This document shows positions 8,826 to 19,200 of a stretch of DNA of 41,661 bases, in pieces (the stretch's first letter is position 1; every line of letters starts with the position of its first letter). Position numbers and translations under genes: made by a program. Under the pieces are notes generated by a model, which saw only the letters and a program-made list of their open reading frames with translations, did not search any database and had not been told where the DNA came from. This DNA is from Candidatus Hodarchaeota archaeon (GTDB lineage Archaea; Asgardarchaeota; Heimdallarchaeia; Hodarchaeales; Hodarchaeaceae). The stretch spans positions 1 to 41,661 of the forward strand of contig JAEOTC010000208.1 in assembly GCA_016840035.1 (NCBI GenBank), given 5' to 3'.

Positions 8826-9797
8826 GTGAATTCATATCTTTTACCTGTGTCCCGATTACGAAGATTCCTGAGAAGAAAACCCCCCGAAGAATCCTCTGCA
8901 GATGATGCCAATGAAGAGGAGGAGGAGAAACCAGTCAAACCCGCGCGCGGTTTAAGACGGATTCTTTCAACCTTTTCACTATACTATCCTCTTGGAGTTT
9001 ACCAACGCGCTTTGGATTGGTCTTTTGAGGATGATTTATCAACATCTGAGAACCAGAAAGAAAAGAAAATTATTCTCCGTGAGAAACCATTCAATACACG
9101 CTTCCGTTATTTAGCTATTCGGACATTCATTCAAAGTGTTAGTCTTTCAATAGTTTTTACTGCTCCAATTTCTCTTCCATGGATTTTTAACATTGTAATT
9201 CCTTTTTCAATCGATCTTCTTCCATTTGGATTAGCTGATCTAGTTCGTTCAATTATTAATTCTGTTCTTGATTTATTGTCTCCCTTTGAAATTATTCTTA
9301 ACATTATACCTGTGCTATCCAATCTAACCGCAACTTATAATCCAATGTACTTTTACGGATCGACTTTCTTTTTATTGAATGCCCTTGGATTAACAGATGT
9401 AGATCTTTCTACAATGATGGCTGAATCAGACTTTGAAGGCAGTTCCATGAGTGAATTCCTTGCTGCTTCATATTTAACTAAATTTGCTGAAATCAAAGAA
9501 GTAATAACACCTATCCTAGTCATTGTTTCTAGCGCAATTGCCTTTTTTCTTGTCTTTCGTCGTGCACGTACCGTAATTTTTGAAATTCAGGGCAATAAGG
9601 AAGAATCTAAGAACATTAGGAAATTTAAAAGAACGCTTCTTGGTTATTACCTTGACAAAGGCTATTCTGAGGTTTTTTATTCAAAAAATCGTGTTTCTGA
9701 CTCAAAGAGTTTACGTCGGATAGGTTGGCTAAGTAAATGGGGGCCATTATTTGCCTTCATTATTCCCATCTTACTTGCGATCATTTATATTTTGTAA
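8826..9797 (+). CDS. Hypothetical integral membrane protein
   Basis: 323-aa ORF with a charged N-terminus and several hydrophobic segments. Confidence 0.7.
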   Translation: MNSYLLPVSRLRRFLRRKPPEESSADDANEEEEEKPVKPARGLRRILSTFSLYYPLGVYQRALDWSFEDDLSTSENQKEKKIILREKPFNTRFRYLAIRTFIQSVSLSIVFTAPISLPWIFNIVIPFSIDLLPFGLADLVRSIINSVLDLLSPFEIILNIIPVLSNLTATYNPMYFYGSTFFLLNALGLTDVDLSTMMAESDFEGSSMSEFLAASYLTKFAEIKEVITPILVIVSSAIAFFLVFRRARTVIFEIQGNKEESKNIRKFKRTLLGYYLDKGYSEVFYSKNRVSDSKSLRRIGWLSKWGPLFAFIIPILLAIIYIL

Positions 9798-9837
9798 CAA
9801 CCCTTTACGGAGTAGTATATCAATATCTTTCGAGATC

Positions 9838-10929
9838 CTAGTGATTTGGTTTTATTATTGCTTTCATTACCCTTAATTTTTCAACATCATCTAATGCTTC
9901 TGCAACTTGTTCGAGTGAATATTCGTCAGAAATAATACTTAAAAATGGAAAAGTGTCTGAATATCTCTCAACCAACTTTACGGCCAAATAGAAATGACTT
10001 AAGTCGCTTCCCCATGAACCTCTCATTGTTATATGTTTTTTATTTAAATCTAAATGAGGGTTGAGGTTAACTTCGCCCGAATTTGTATACTGACCGACCA
10101 CAGTATATGTTCCTCCATCACGGGTCATGTTGAGTCCTTCTTTAATTGCAGAGGGTACACCAGTGGCTTCAATCGTCACATCAGCCCCTTTGAGAGCTGT
10201 AAGTTCTATTACTTTTTTAACACGATCATCAGGATTATACTCGTCAATATTAATTATGTGATCAACCCCAAATCCTTTAGCTATCTCGAGTCTATGGGCG
10301 GGTGCTCCAATAAGAATGACTTTGAATGCTCCACTCAGTTTTGCACATAGTGAGGCCATTAATCCTACAGGTCCTGAGCCCTGAATAGCAACGGAATCGC
10401 CTAATTTGATTTTGGATCTTTGAATCGCATGAATAGCGGTGGGAAGCCCACATCCTGCACAAATAAAGGTTTTGAGAAATTTAGGATCTGAGAATCGAAT
10501 TATCTTAACACCAGGTTTCAGGTATATAAACTGCGACCAGCCACCTAAAAGGCCCTCATTTGCCGAATAAGTTATTCCATACACTTTACGCTGTGGACAC
10601 CGGGTTGATGCTTTGGCTACCAGACAGTACCAACAGTCTTGACATGTTTCGTGAACATCAAGAAATGTGACGGGATCTCCTATGCGTAATTGATTGCCAT
10701 CAATATCAAATACCTCACCATTTATTTTTTCGATAGTACCTGTTGAAACATGGCCTGGAATAATGGGATATGGAACTCCTGCAAGCTTCCCCTTTCGTAG
10801 ATGAACATCAGTTCCACAGACTTCCGAAAAACTCGTTCTTAATAAAATAGCTCCCTTTTCCAATTCAGGAAGCTCCTTTTCGATTACTTTTACCGATCCA
10901 TCTTCAGTCATATTTACTGTCTGCACCAT
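9838..10929 (-). CDS. Zinc-dependent medium-chain alcohol dehydrogenase (MDR)
   Basis: VCGTD, GH(V), structural Zn CQDCWYC...C, third ligand GCGLPT, Rossmann GSGPVG. Confidence 0.93.
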   Translation of the reverse strand: MVQTVNMTEDGSVKVIEKELPELEKGAILLRTSFSEVCGTDVHLRKGKLAGVPYPIIPGHVSTGTIEKINGEVFDIDGNQLRIGDPVTFLDVHETCQDCWYCLVAKASTRCPQRKVYGITYSANEGLLGGWSQFIYLKPGVKIIRFSDPKFLKTFICAGCGLPTAIHAIQRSKIKLGDSVAIQGSGPVGLMASLCAKLSGAFKVILIGAPAHRLEIAKGFGVDHIINIDEYNPDDRVKKVIELTALKGADVTIEATGVPSAIKEGLNMTRDGGTYTVVGQYTNSGEVNLNPHLDLNKKHITMRGSWGSDLSHFYLAVKLVERYSDTFPFLSIISDEYSLEQVAEALDDVEKLRVMKAIIKPNH

Positions 10930-11070
10930 AATTGACCCTTCATTGTTAAAGCAAATTTCATCAACAAATTAAGGAGGTTATTGCTTTACTCACTCAAATC
11001 AATGATAATTTAGCTGCTATTTTTATAGCTAAACTGAATATTTCAAACTGCGACATCTCTAGTCATAATC

Positions 11071-12111
11071 TTGGTGGCTCTTTTCGTGAATAGAAGTTCG
11101 AAATCTTCTCGTGAAGCTATCTCAGAAGGAGTTATTTTTTCCGCATTCGAGGATCATGGACCTACCAATATTTACAATTCTTCTCCATTAACTGAAGAAG
11201 AAGCGTTTGGAATGACAATTAAGACATTAACTGCCATCGGGTCTGACTCTCCTTTTCAGCCAGGAGAGATACGATGCTACGGGCCAATGCCCACCCCGAG
11301 GGATCCGTATCTTTCGTTAGGATTTATTTTCTTCTTAAAGCCTAAATCGACTGAAGACCCTCGGATCCAAAGACATGGTCGAATGATCGTTCTATGGGTA
11401 ATCACAAGTTCTGCAACTACCATAAAATATATCGGTTTAATAAAAAATATGATTAGGCGCAATCTTCAGACATATCATGTTCGGTTTGATGAAGATTTAA
11501 AAGAACGAGATGTTTTGTCAAAAATCGATGAAAAAATTCGACTGATAGAACTGGGTGTAACTCTATACTATATCTCAAGGACGGGGAGTATTGATCCCAT
11601 AATTGATCCTGGATTTATTGCCCCTGATACTACTTGTATTTTGTTAGATGACGCAAATAGACAGATTAAAGCCCTCTTACGATCAAAAATTACCCCTGGG
11701 AAAAAAAATGAGCTCCTTCAACAATTAAACGATTTTAAGTCTAAAATCCCCCAGGGAGCAATGTATAAAATCGAGATTATTTCTGATGAAATAGCGGTAC
11801 AACAACTATCATCAAGATATGGACTTTCTCGACCCGACGAAATGGGATTTCGATTCCAGTTACACTTAGCAGATGTCGTTACTTTTGAAGAGTTGGATGC
11901 TTTCTTTGAATTTCATCTCAACCCTAAACGTCACGATATGATATCTAGTATTTTAAGTGCAATATACAATAAAGAAAAATTGAACTTATTTGATGTAGCT
12001 GTCCAGACAGGGGTTTCGGTGGAATTTATGGAGGAGTTTATCCAAAGCGCAATCACAGCAAATCTAATCAAGAATGCTACTATAGAACACGGTTTTCTCG
12101 TGTGTAATTGA
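11071..12111 (+). CDS. Multidomain protein: longin/uDENN-like + gelsolin-like + PCI/winged-helix-like
   Basis: N-terminal GVIFSAFEDHGP...FIFFLKPKSTEDPRIQRHGRMIVLWVI; middle LYYIS...CILLDD...KIEIISDE; C-terminal LNLFDVAVQTGVSVEFMEEFIQSAITANLIKNATIEHG. The real start may be GTG 11086. Domain calls are by eye. Confidence 0.6.
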   Translation: MVALFVNRSSKSSREAISEGVIFSAFEDHGPTNIYNSSPLTEEEAFGMTIKTLTAIGSDSPFQPGEIRCYGPMPTPRDPYLSLGFIFFLKPKSTEDPRIQRHGRMIVLWVITSSATTIKYIGLIKNMIRRNLQTYHVRFDEDLKERDVLSKIDEKIRLIELGVTLYYISRTGSIDPIIDPGFIAPDTTCILLDDANRQIKALLRSKITPGKKNELLQQLNDFKSKIPQGAMYKIEIISDEIAVQQLSSRYGLSRPDEMGFRFQLHLADVVTFEELDAFFEFHLNPKRHDMISSILSAIYNKEKLNLFDVAVQTGVSVEFMEEFIQSAITANLIKNATIEHGFLVCN

Positions 12112-12119
12112 TTGCAAAA

Positions 12120-13019
12120 TTACAGTAGTTTGTTAACCGTTTCCGCCATTTTGTCTAATTTTACCAGAGTAAATTGAGCTGAACCAGAGGTATTTGCTAT
12201 CCCTATAAACAACAGGTCTTTTTTGAGTTTTTGAAACGCTAATATATTGTCATCAACTTCCATGGTCGTCTTGAAAGTCTTTGCTTTTGTATATTCAGTT
12301 TTCAGCTTTCCATAATTTGCTAGGGTAAGATTAGCTGGTAGCATAAAATAAGAATAGTTCCCTTGCTCAAATAATGGGACTCCTTCCTCATTACATACAA
12401 TTATCCCTGTTACGTCAGAATGTGTGGATAGAAATTCCTGGATCGCATCGGAAACTGTTAATGCTTTCGTGGATTTGAGAATTAGCGATTGGAGCATTTC
12501 ACCGATCGCTTGATAGACAGAACGATCAAAAATGGAGGTGGTCCGATATTCAATATCTAAATCTCCTTCAATCTCGAAATATGTCTTCATCATTTCATAG
12601 GCTTCATTCTGCTTATCGGTCGTTACTAGATCTCTTTTGTGAAAAAGACAAAAAACTGTGCTATCAGGAGAAAATTCTCGTAATCTTTCGATTCCATGAT
12701 TGAAGTAGAATTTACTTGTTGATACTTGCTCAAAATCACTCATATCAACAACCCAGACAAAGATTGAGACATTACTAAAAATAAACTCTGCCTGATCCCC
12801 AATAAAGGCTGAAATAAAGTTCTCTTGTCCTCCACAATCAAAAAGCTGAAATGAGCTATCAATAAAGTTCTGGGTGGTCCGCGAATAATTAATAGTTGCG
12901 TTGTAATCGGATACATCTTCGGGATTTTTCCCTTCAAATACCACAGACCGTATACTACTTTTCCCACTCGCTCCTAGGCCCATTAATAACACTTTTTGGG
13001 GTGATTGAGAACTTATCAC
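12120..13019 (-). CDS. Rag-family (Gtr1/RagA-like) small GTPase with C-terminal roadblock domain
   Basis: KVLLMGLGASGKSSIRSVVF (G1), ATI (G2), LFDCGGQ (G3), IFSNV, FSPD..VFCLFHKRD (G4), TTSIFD (G5) match Rag-specific motifs; ~115-aa tail with VTGIIVCNEEGVPL has a roadblock pattern. Confidence 0.92.
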   Translation of the reverse strand: MISSQSPQKVLLMGLGASGKSSIRSVVFEGKNPEDVSDYNATINYSRTTQNFIDSSFQLFDCGGQENFISAFIGDQAEFIFSNVSIFVWVVDMSDFEQVSTSKFYFNHGIERLREFSPDSTVFCLFHKRDLVTTDKQNEAYEMMKTYFEIEGDLDIEYRTTSIFDRSVYQAIGEMLQSLILKSTKALTVSDAIQEFLSTHSDVTGIIVCNEEGVPLFEQGNYSYFMLPANLTLANYGKLKTEYTKAKTFKTTMEVDDNILAFQKLKKDLLFIGIANTSGSAQFTLVKLDKMAETVNKLL

Positions 13020-13226
13020 AGTAATCCTTCTACCTACTTTTAGAGATTCTAATTATTTCCTCGTTATGTCGCTATATTTCTTTGACTAGATAATTTATCC
13101 GTCTAAAGGATCTGAATTTAAAATATTTTATAATTATTAAGAGACATTATCATTCTTAGACCTTTCTGAAGAACTTTTTTCCTAATTATCCATTAAGTGT
13201 ATTCTCTGTGACTCGGTGTATTCAAT

Positions 13227-16200
13227 ATGAAAAATGCAGTTAAATTCATTACAGGCCTTGTTTTAGTTATATTTCTAGTTCCAATCCTATCAACATCTAT
13301 TGTACTCCCAATAGATAACTCCCTTGAATCAAAAACTATAGCTATCCCTCCATTGAGAGGTGAAGCTCCTATTACTGAGTCTGAACTCCAAAGAAACATA
13401 GATGATGAAGCAAAATTTCCTGAGTCGTTGGCTACAACCGCCACGGATAACTTCAATCAGATAGGAAGGATTAACCCTAAAGTAGAGGGTACTGGAGTAT
13501 TTATTGAGGATTATGTAGATAATATGATTTCAGATGTTGATTCAAGTCCTGATCTTGGTGAATTGACCGATTTTTCTAATATGCAAGCTACAGATATTTC
13601 TTATTCAAATATAAGTGAAATTTCTTCTTCCGGTGCTATTACAAAAGCAGGAACCGATACAACTGGAACGGGAACTATATCTCCTTTGTCATTCTCTCAT
13701 ACATTAGTTTCTGGTAGTAATAGAATAATTTTAGTTGCTGCTCAAAGTGAAGCGAATTCCGCAAATGATATTTCTGCCACTTATGGAGGACAAACAATGG
13801 TAGAAGCCATTACTCAAACAACAGGAACGACTACAACACAGGTATTGAGCATTTTCTACCTCCTAGAAACAAATCTACCTAGTAACGGAGCTAACACAGT
13901 AGCTATTTCCTATACTGGGACTGTAACAGAGGTGAATGCTTGGTGTGGGCAATGGGATGGTGTCTCTCAAGCAACTCCAGAAGCAACTGATGAAACTGTT
14001 TGGGTATCTGGCCAAACTATTTCTAATACTATTTCTCCTTCAACAGATGCTTGGGTTATATCGACTATAGGTGAAGGGAATTCAGGTTGCACTCATACTC
14101 ATGGTCAAAGCCAAGTAGAAGTCTATGATTTTTCAGATAGTAGTTCTTCCTTTGCGGTTGCTGAATTAAGAGGAGCAAATGGTGAATTATCTTTAGATTC
14201 TACCATCACTGGGTCAATCAACAGAGGAGTAAGAATAGCAGCATCTTTTCAACCTGCAACAGGTGCGAGTGGTTATCAAATGGATCAGGAAGTGCAGTTC
14301 GAAAACGTTTACGAATCACCACTAGTTAGTGAAGAGTTACGGATTAAAACAGGCTCATTTGGAGGGTCAGAGAATATAAACGTAACTTACTGGGATGGGG
14401 ATTCTTGGGAATTAATTACATCCGATTTAACAGCATCTACATGGAATAACTTTACGGTAACTGGCCTACCTACAACTGAACCATATTTTACTATAAAATT
14501 TGGGGGGGGAACCACATCTTCAGACAGTACACAGGATTGGTGGATGATAGATGCGGTATTACTCTATGTCGAAGAGCACCTAGTCATAACCAAGGAGGAT
14601 TATGTAGATCAACAAAGTAATGTGGATTCTAACTCCGATCTTGGATCACATAGTTCATTCAATGATTTACGTGCAACTGATTCGACTTATGACAATATCA
14701 GTGAAATTGAAGCATTCTCTTCTAGTAATACAACGCTGATTGATACTGAATCATTTGAAGGAACTTGGCTACCTTCTGGATGGAGTGAAACGACTGGAAG
14801 TTTATGGAATCAAAATAGCTACCAACCTTATAGTGGGGGGGGAACTTATTATGCAGGATATTATGATCCTTCAACAACCACTTCAGGGAATTTGGATTCA
14901 CCTATTTTGAACACCGCGGATGCCAGTTCAATTTTTATTGAATTTTGGTGGAGAGATTACGCATTAGACAACAATGAATTTTTACTTCAGTTGTATAACG
15001 GAAGTACCTGGATTACTTACCAAGATATGAATTTACTTACACATACAGAGAATACTTGGACATTTTATTCCGTAGAGATCACAGATAGCCAGTACTTTGA
15101 TATGAGTTTCCAGATTCGCTGGAGATCAAATAATGTCGGGCCTGGTGAAGCTAGTGGGATAGATTTAGTTACAGTGCTCAAAAGTGTAACATCAGACTCT
15201 AGTGGTGAATGGAATGATTGGTCTTCTGAACTGTTGTCTAATGGAGGATTTGAGGATGGTAATTTTGGGGGTTGGACAGTTCAAGGAGCAAATTGGGCCG
15301 TTGGAGCTGATGCACCGTCAGGAAGTGCTGGACCTCAAGCTGGTAGTTATACTGCCTTTCAAACTACTCCTTCTTCTGCTACGGATTATATTTATCAGGA
15401 TGTTGATTTGACTTCCTATTCCTCATATATTACCGATGGGAGATTTGTAGTTAATGCTTCTGGATGGCGTGTTTCTTCAGAATATCCTGCACAAGATTTA
15501 TCGAAAATTGTTATACAATTCTTGGATAGTGGTCTTGGTCTTATATCAACTCCATTGGATACAGGATACGATGATTTAGCTTCGTGGACAAAAGAGGGAA
15601 TATATAATGCAACCGTTCCAACCAATACAAGATATATTAGAATATTTGGCTACACTGATGAAGGTAACACTTGGGATTCTGGCAATGTAGATTCTTTTTC
15701 TATCAAAGTGCGAACAAAACAAGCAAATGGAAGTAATTATCATTTGGATCAAGAGGTGCAATTTGTGGGAGTATATGATTCTCCTCTTCTTATTGAGCAA
15801 TTATGCATTAGAACTGGTTCTTTTGGCGGATCTGAAAATCTAAATGTGACTTATTGGGATGGAGATTCTTGGGAGTTACTTGACTCCGCATTAACCGCGT
15901 CTTCTTGGAATAATTATACCGTTACTCTCACAAGTCCTACATTTACCATTAAATTTGGTGGATCTACAACCTCTTCTGATAGTATTCAAGATTGGTGGGA
16001 AATTGACTCAGTCTTACTCAAAGTTGAAACTCCAGAAGAAGCTGTAGGCGATGATTCTGGATTTGTCTGGCTTGATACCCCTGATGAAGTCGATCTGGGT
16101 ACAACCTACAATTCATGGGTGGAACAAGATCTATCTGATGATAGCGTACCTAGTTCAGCAATGGGAGTAATACTTGGTTGGGTGGAGGATAGTACATCCA

Positions 16201-19200
16201 ATCTTCGGGCTGTTGCACGAGGTGCAGATGATACCAATGATTACATGGATGGGGGTACTTCTTACAACCAAATGGAAGCAGAAACATGGAAAATGCAAGT
16301 AGTTAAGCTAAGAGATCATAGATATATTGATACTTGGCGTCAGAGTTCAACTGAAAGACTTTACGTGATGGGTTACACAGTAGGCGAGGATCCTCAATAT
16401 AGAAGAGTCCCTGCTTATATGGGAAGTCTAACAGCAGACTCCACTTGGAATACGATGACTGTTCATGATATTGACAGTGATACTAATGGAGTAATTCTTT
16501 TTGCAAGATCAAGATCAAATCAAGACTCTACTATTATGGTTAGAGCTGTTGGTTCAACAGATTCTATGACGAATAGAGAGTGGGAAAATCATGTAAGTGG
16601 TACTTTTTTTGTTAAGCTTGATGCTAATGACCAGTTTGAATACTATATTACCAGTGCGAGATTAGCAGATTTTTATTTAGTTGCTGAAGTCAAGGATAAT
16701 ATTGATTGGCTGGATACAAATCGAGATTCTATATCAGCTACATCAACTGGTTGGACGATTCGAGATCTTGATAGCTATGTTACTGTTCCTTCTTCTACCT
16801 CTGGAGTATTACTTCAACATGATTCAACAGGAGGAATAGATGATTACAAGAATATTGCTCGGGAATATGGGCAAACCTGGACCTTTCCTGATTACGATGT
16901 AGGGATAGATCAATGGATGATGGGAGGTAGTGGAATTGATTCAGAAAATCGAATTCAGATATATGCAGAAAGTTTAGAACAAGATGTCTATATCCATGCA
17001 TTAACACTTTATCAGGATAATACTCCCCCAACTATAGATGCTTTTGGTGTTGAAGATCCAGGAACTGGTACTGCTACGTTTTGGGCGTCTCTAACAGACC
17101 TATCTGACCTAGACAATGTTACACTGACAGTTAATGGAACAGATTATCAAATGAGTTTTAATGGTTCTCATTGGACAAAAGATCTTACAGTTAATTGGTT
17201 GGGGTACTATACGTATCAGATTACAAATGCTTCTGATATTTTTGGTAATTTTTTAACAACTTCTTCCAACATGCAAAATTATACTTTTGCCTATGATACT
17301 GTTGCCCCATCGGCTATAGATTGGGAATATTATCAGGGTGCTGATGGCACTTGGGATAATCAGAATAATACGTTTAAGGCAAATGTTAGTGATTCTTGGG
17401 GAGAAATCGATACTGTGATACTTGAGGTAACTACTTCCTCCCAAACTGCAATGATGAAAGAATATCAAGATTTCAGTGGTATTCTCGGGTTTATCAATAA
17501 CACTTTAGAGTTAGATAATGGGGGAATAGATTTTCGAATAATAGTTAATGACACTAGTGGTAATGAAATTACTTCCTCTATTCATTCAGATTCTGTGTTT
17601 TATAATCATCCTCCAACTGCATCTAACCTTGCCCTAAATACTGACCCGTATTATAGTAATACTTCATTAATTCTTAGCTATTCATATTCGGACCCTGATT
17701 CTCATCCTCAAAGCGGAACTGAGATCCGCTGGTACAAAAATGGGATTTTACAAGGAGTCCATAATAACTCTGTAAGTATTAATCCAAGCTACTTATTTAC
17801 TGGAGATCAGTGGAATGCCACCGTAAAACCAAAAGATGGTACTTTATTTGGAGAGATCAATATATCTTCAACGATTACTATCAGTAATACTCCTCCCACG
17901 CCAACAGATGTTATAATTCTACCTAACAATCCTGTTACTTCATCGACTCTGATAGTTGACTTTAATTACTATGATTATGATGGAGATTCAGAAAATACTG
18001 GCTATCGTCAGATTGAATGGTATAAGGTTGGAACAGGACATCTAGGTACGTTTGATAATCAAACCTCTTTATCTTCGTCAAATACTGTTAAAGGGGAACA
18101 ATATTATGTAAGAATCCGAGTATTCGATGGAGAGTCATATTCAGTTTGGCTCACTAGTCCAATTATAACGATAGGTAACAGCATACCTAATGCAGTGAAT
18201 CTATCTTTACCCACTAATCCTACAAATACCACTGACCTAATAGCTAGCTGGGAAATGCAAGATGCAGATATAGGGGATGTAGAAAATACATCTGCAGTAA
18301 TTATCTATTGGTATAAGAATGGTGTTCTTCAACCCCTTTGGAATAACTCGGTCATAATTGGAGCGGGGAATACAACGAAAGGACAAATTTGGTGGTTTAA
18401 GATACAAGTCTTTGACGGAGAAAACTATTCTTCACTTACTGAACTACTTCCCCACGTTGAAATTGTTAATGCAATTCCAGTAGTCACTGATGTATCTATT
18501 GTAATTTCTACTCCCTATACAACTGATGATCTGGTCACTGATGCGTGGACCTTCACTGACGCTGATAATGATGGTGAGGGCACACCAATTATTCGTTGGT
18601 ACCGTAATAACATACTACAATCTGCTTATAATGGGTATACAACTCTTCCAGCCTCTGTCACAGCAAAGGGAGAAAATTGGCATTTTGGTGTGCAAGTTTA
18701 CGATGGATCAGCTTACTCATTACAGGTAAATTCATCACAAGTTCTTATCCAAAATACCGTTCCTGATGTAGATAATCTTACACTGACCTCTATTCCCACA
18801 ACCACTGATGATTTATTAGCTAGTTGGACCTATACCGATGAAGACTTGGATGGTCTGTCCTTCAACATTACCTGGTATCTGAATAATGTATATAATTCTA
18901 GTTGGATTACAGCAACAAATAGTGCCACATTAAATGCTGGCAATACTTCCAAATATCAACAATGGTATTATACAATTCGAGCTTATGATGATGATGATTA
19001 TTCAACTCTTATTTCACTGGGTAGCAATATAACTATCCAAAATTCAATTCCCACTACCTCTTATGCTAATTTTACTACATTAAATCCCTCTACTGTTGAT
19101 GATTTTAATTTAACCTATGGATTTGTGGATAACGATGGTGATTTGGAGTTTGCGAATGATATTATAGTCTATTGGTATGTAAATTGGGCGTATCAGTCGC

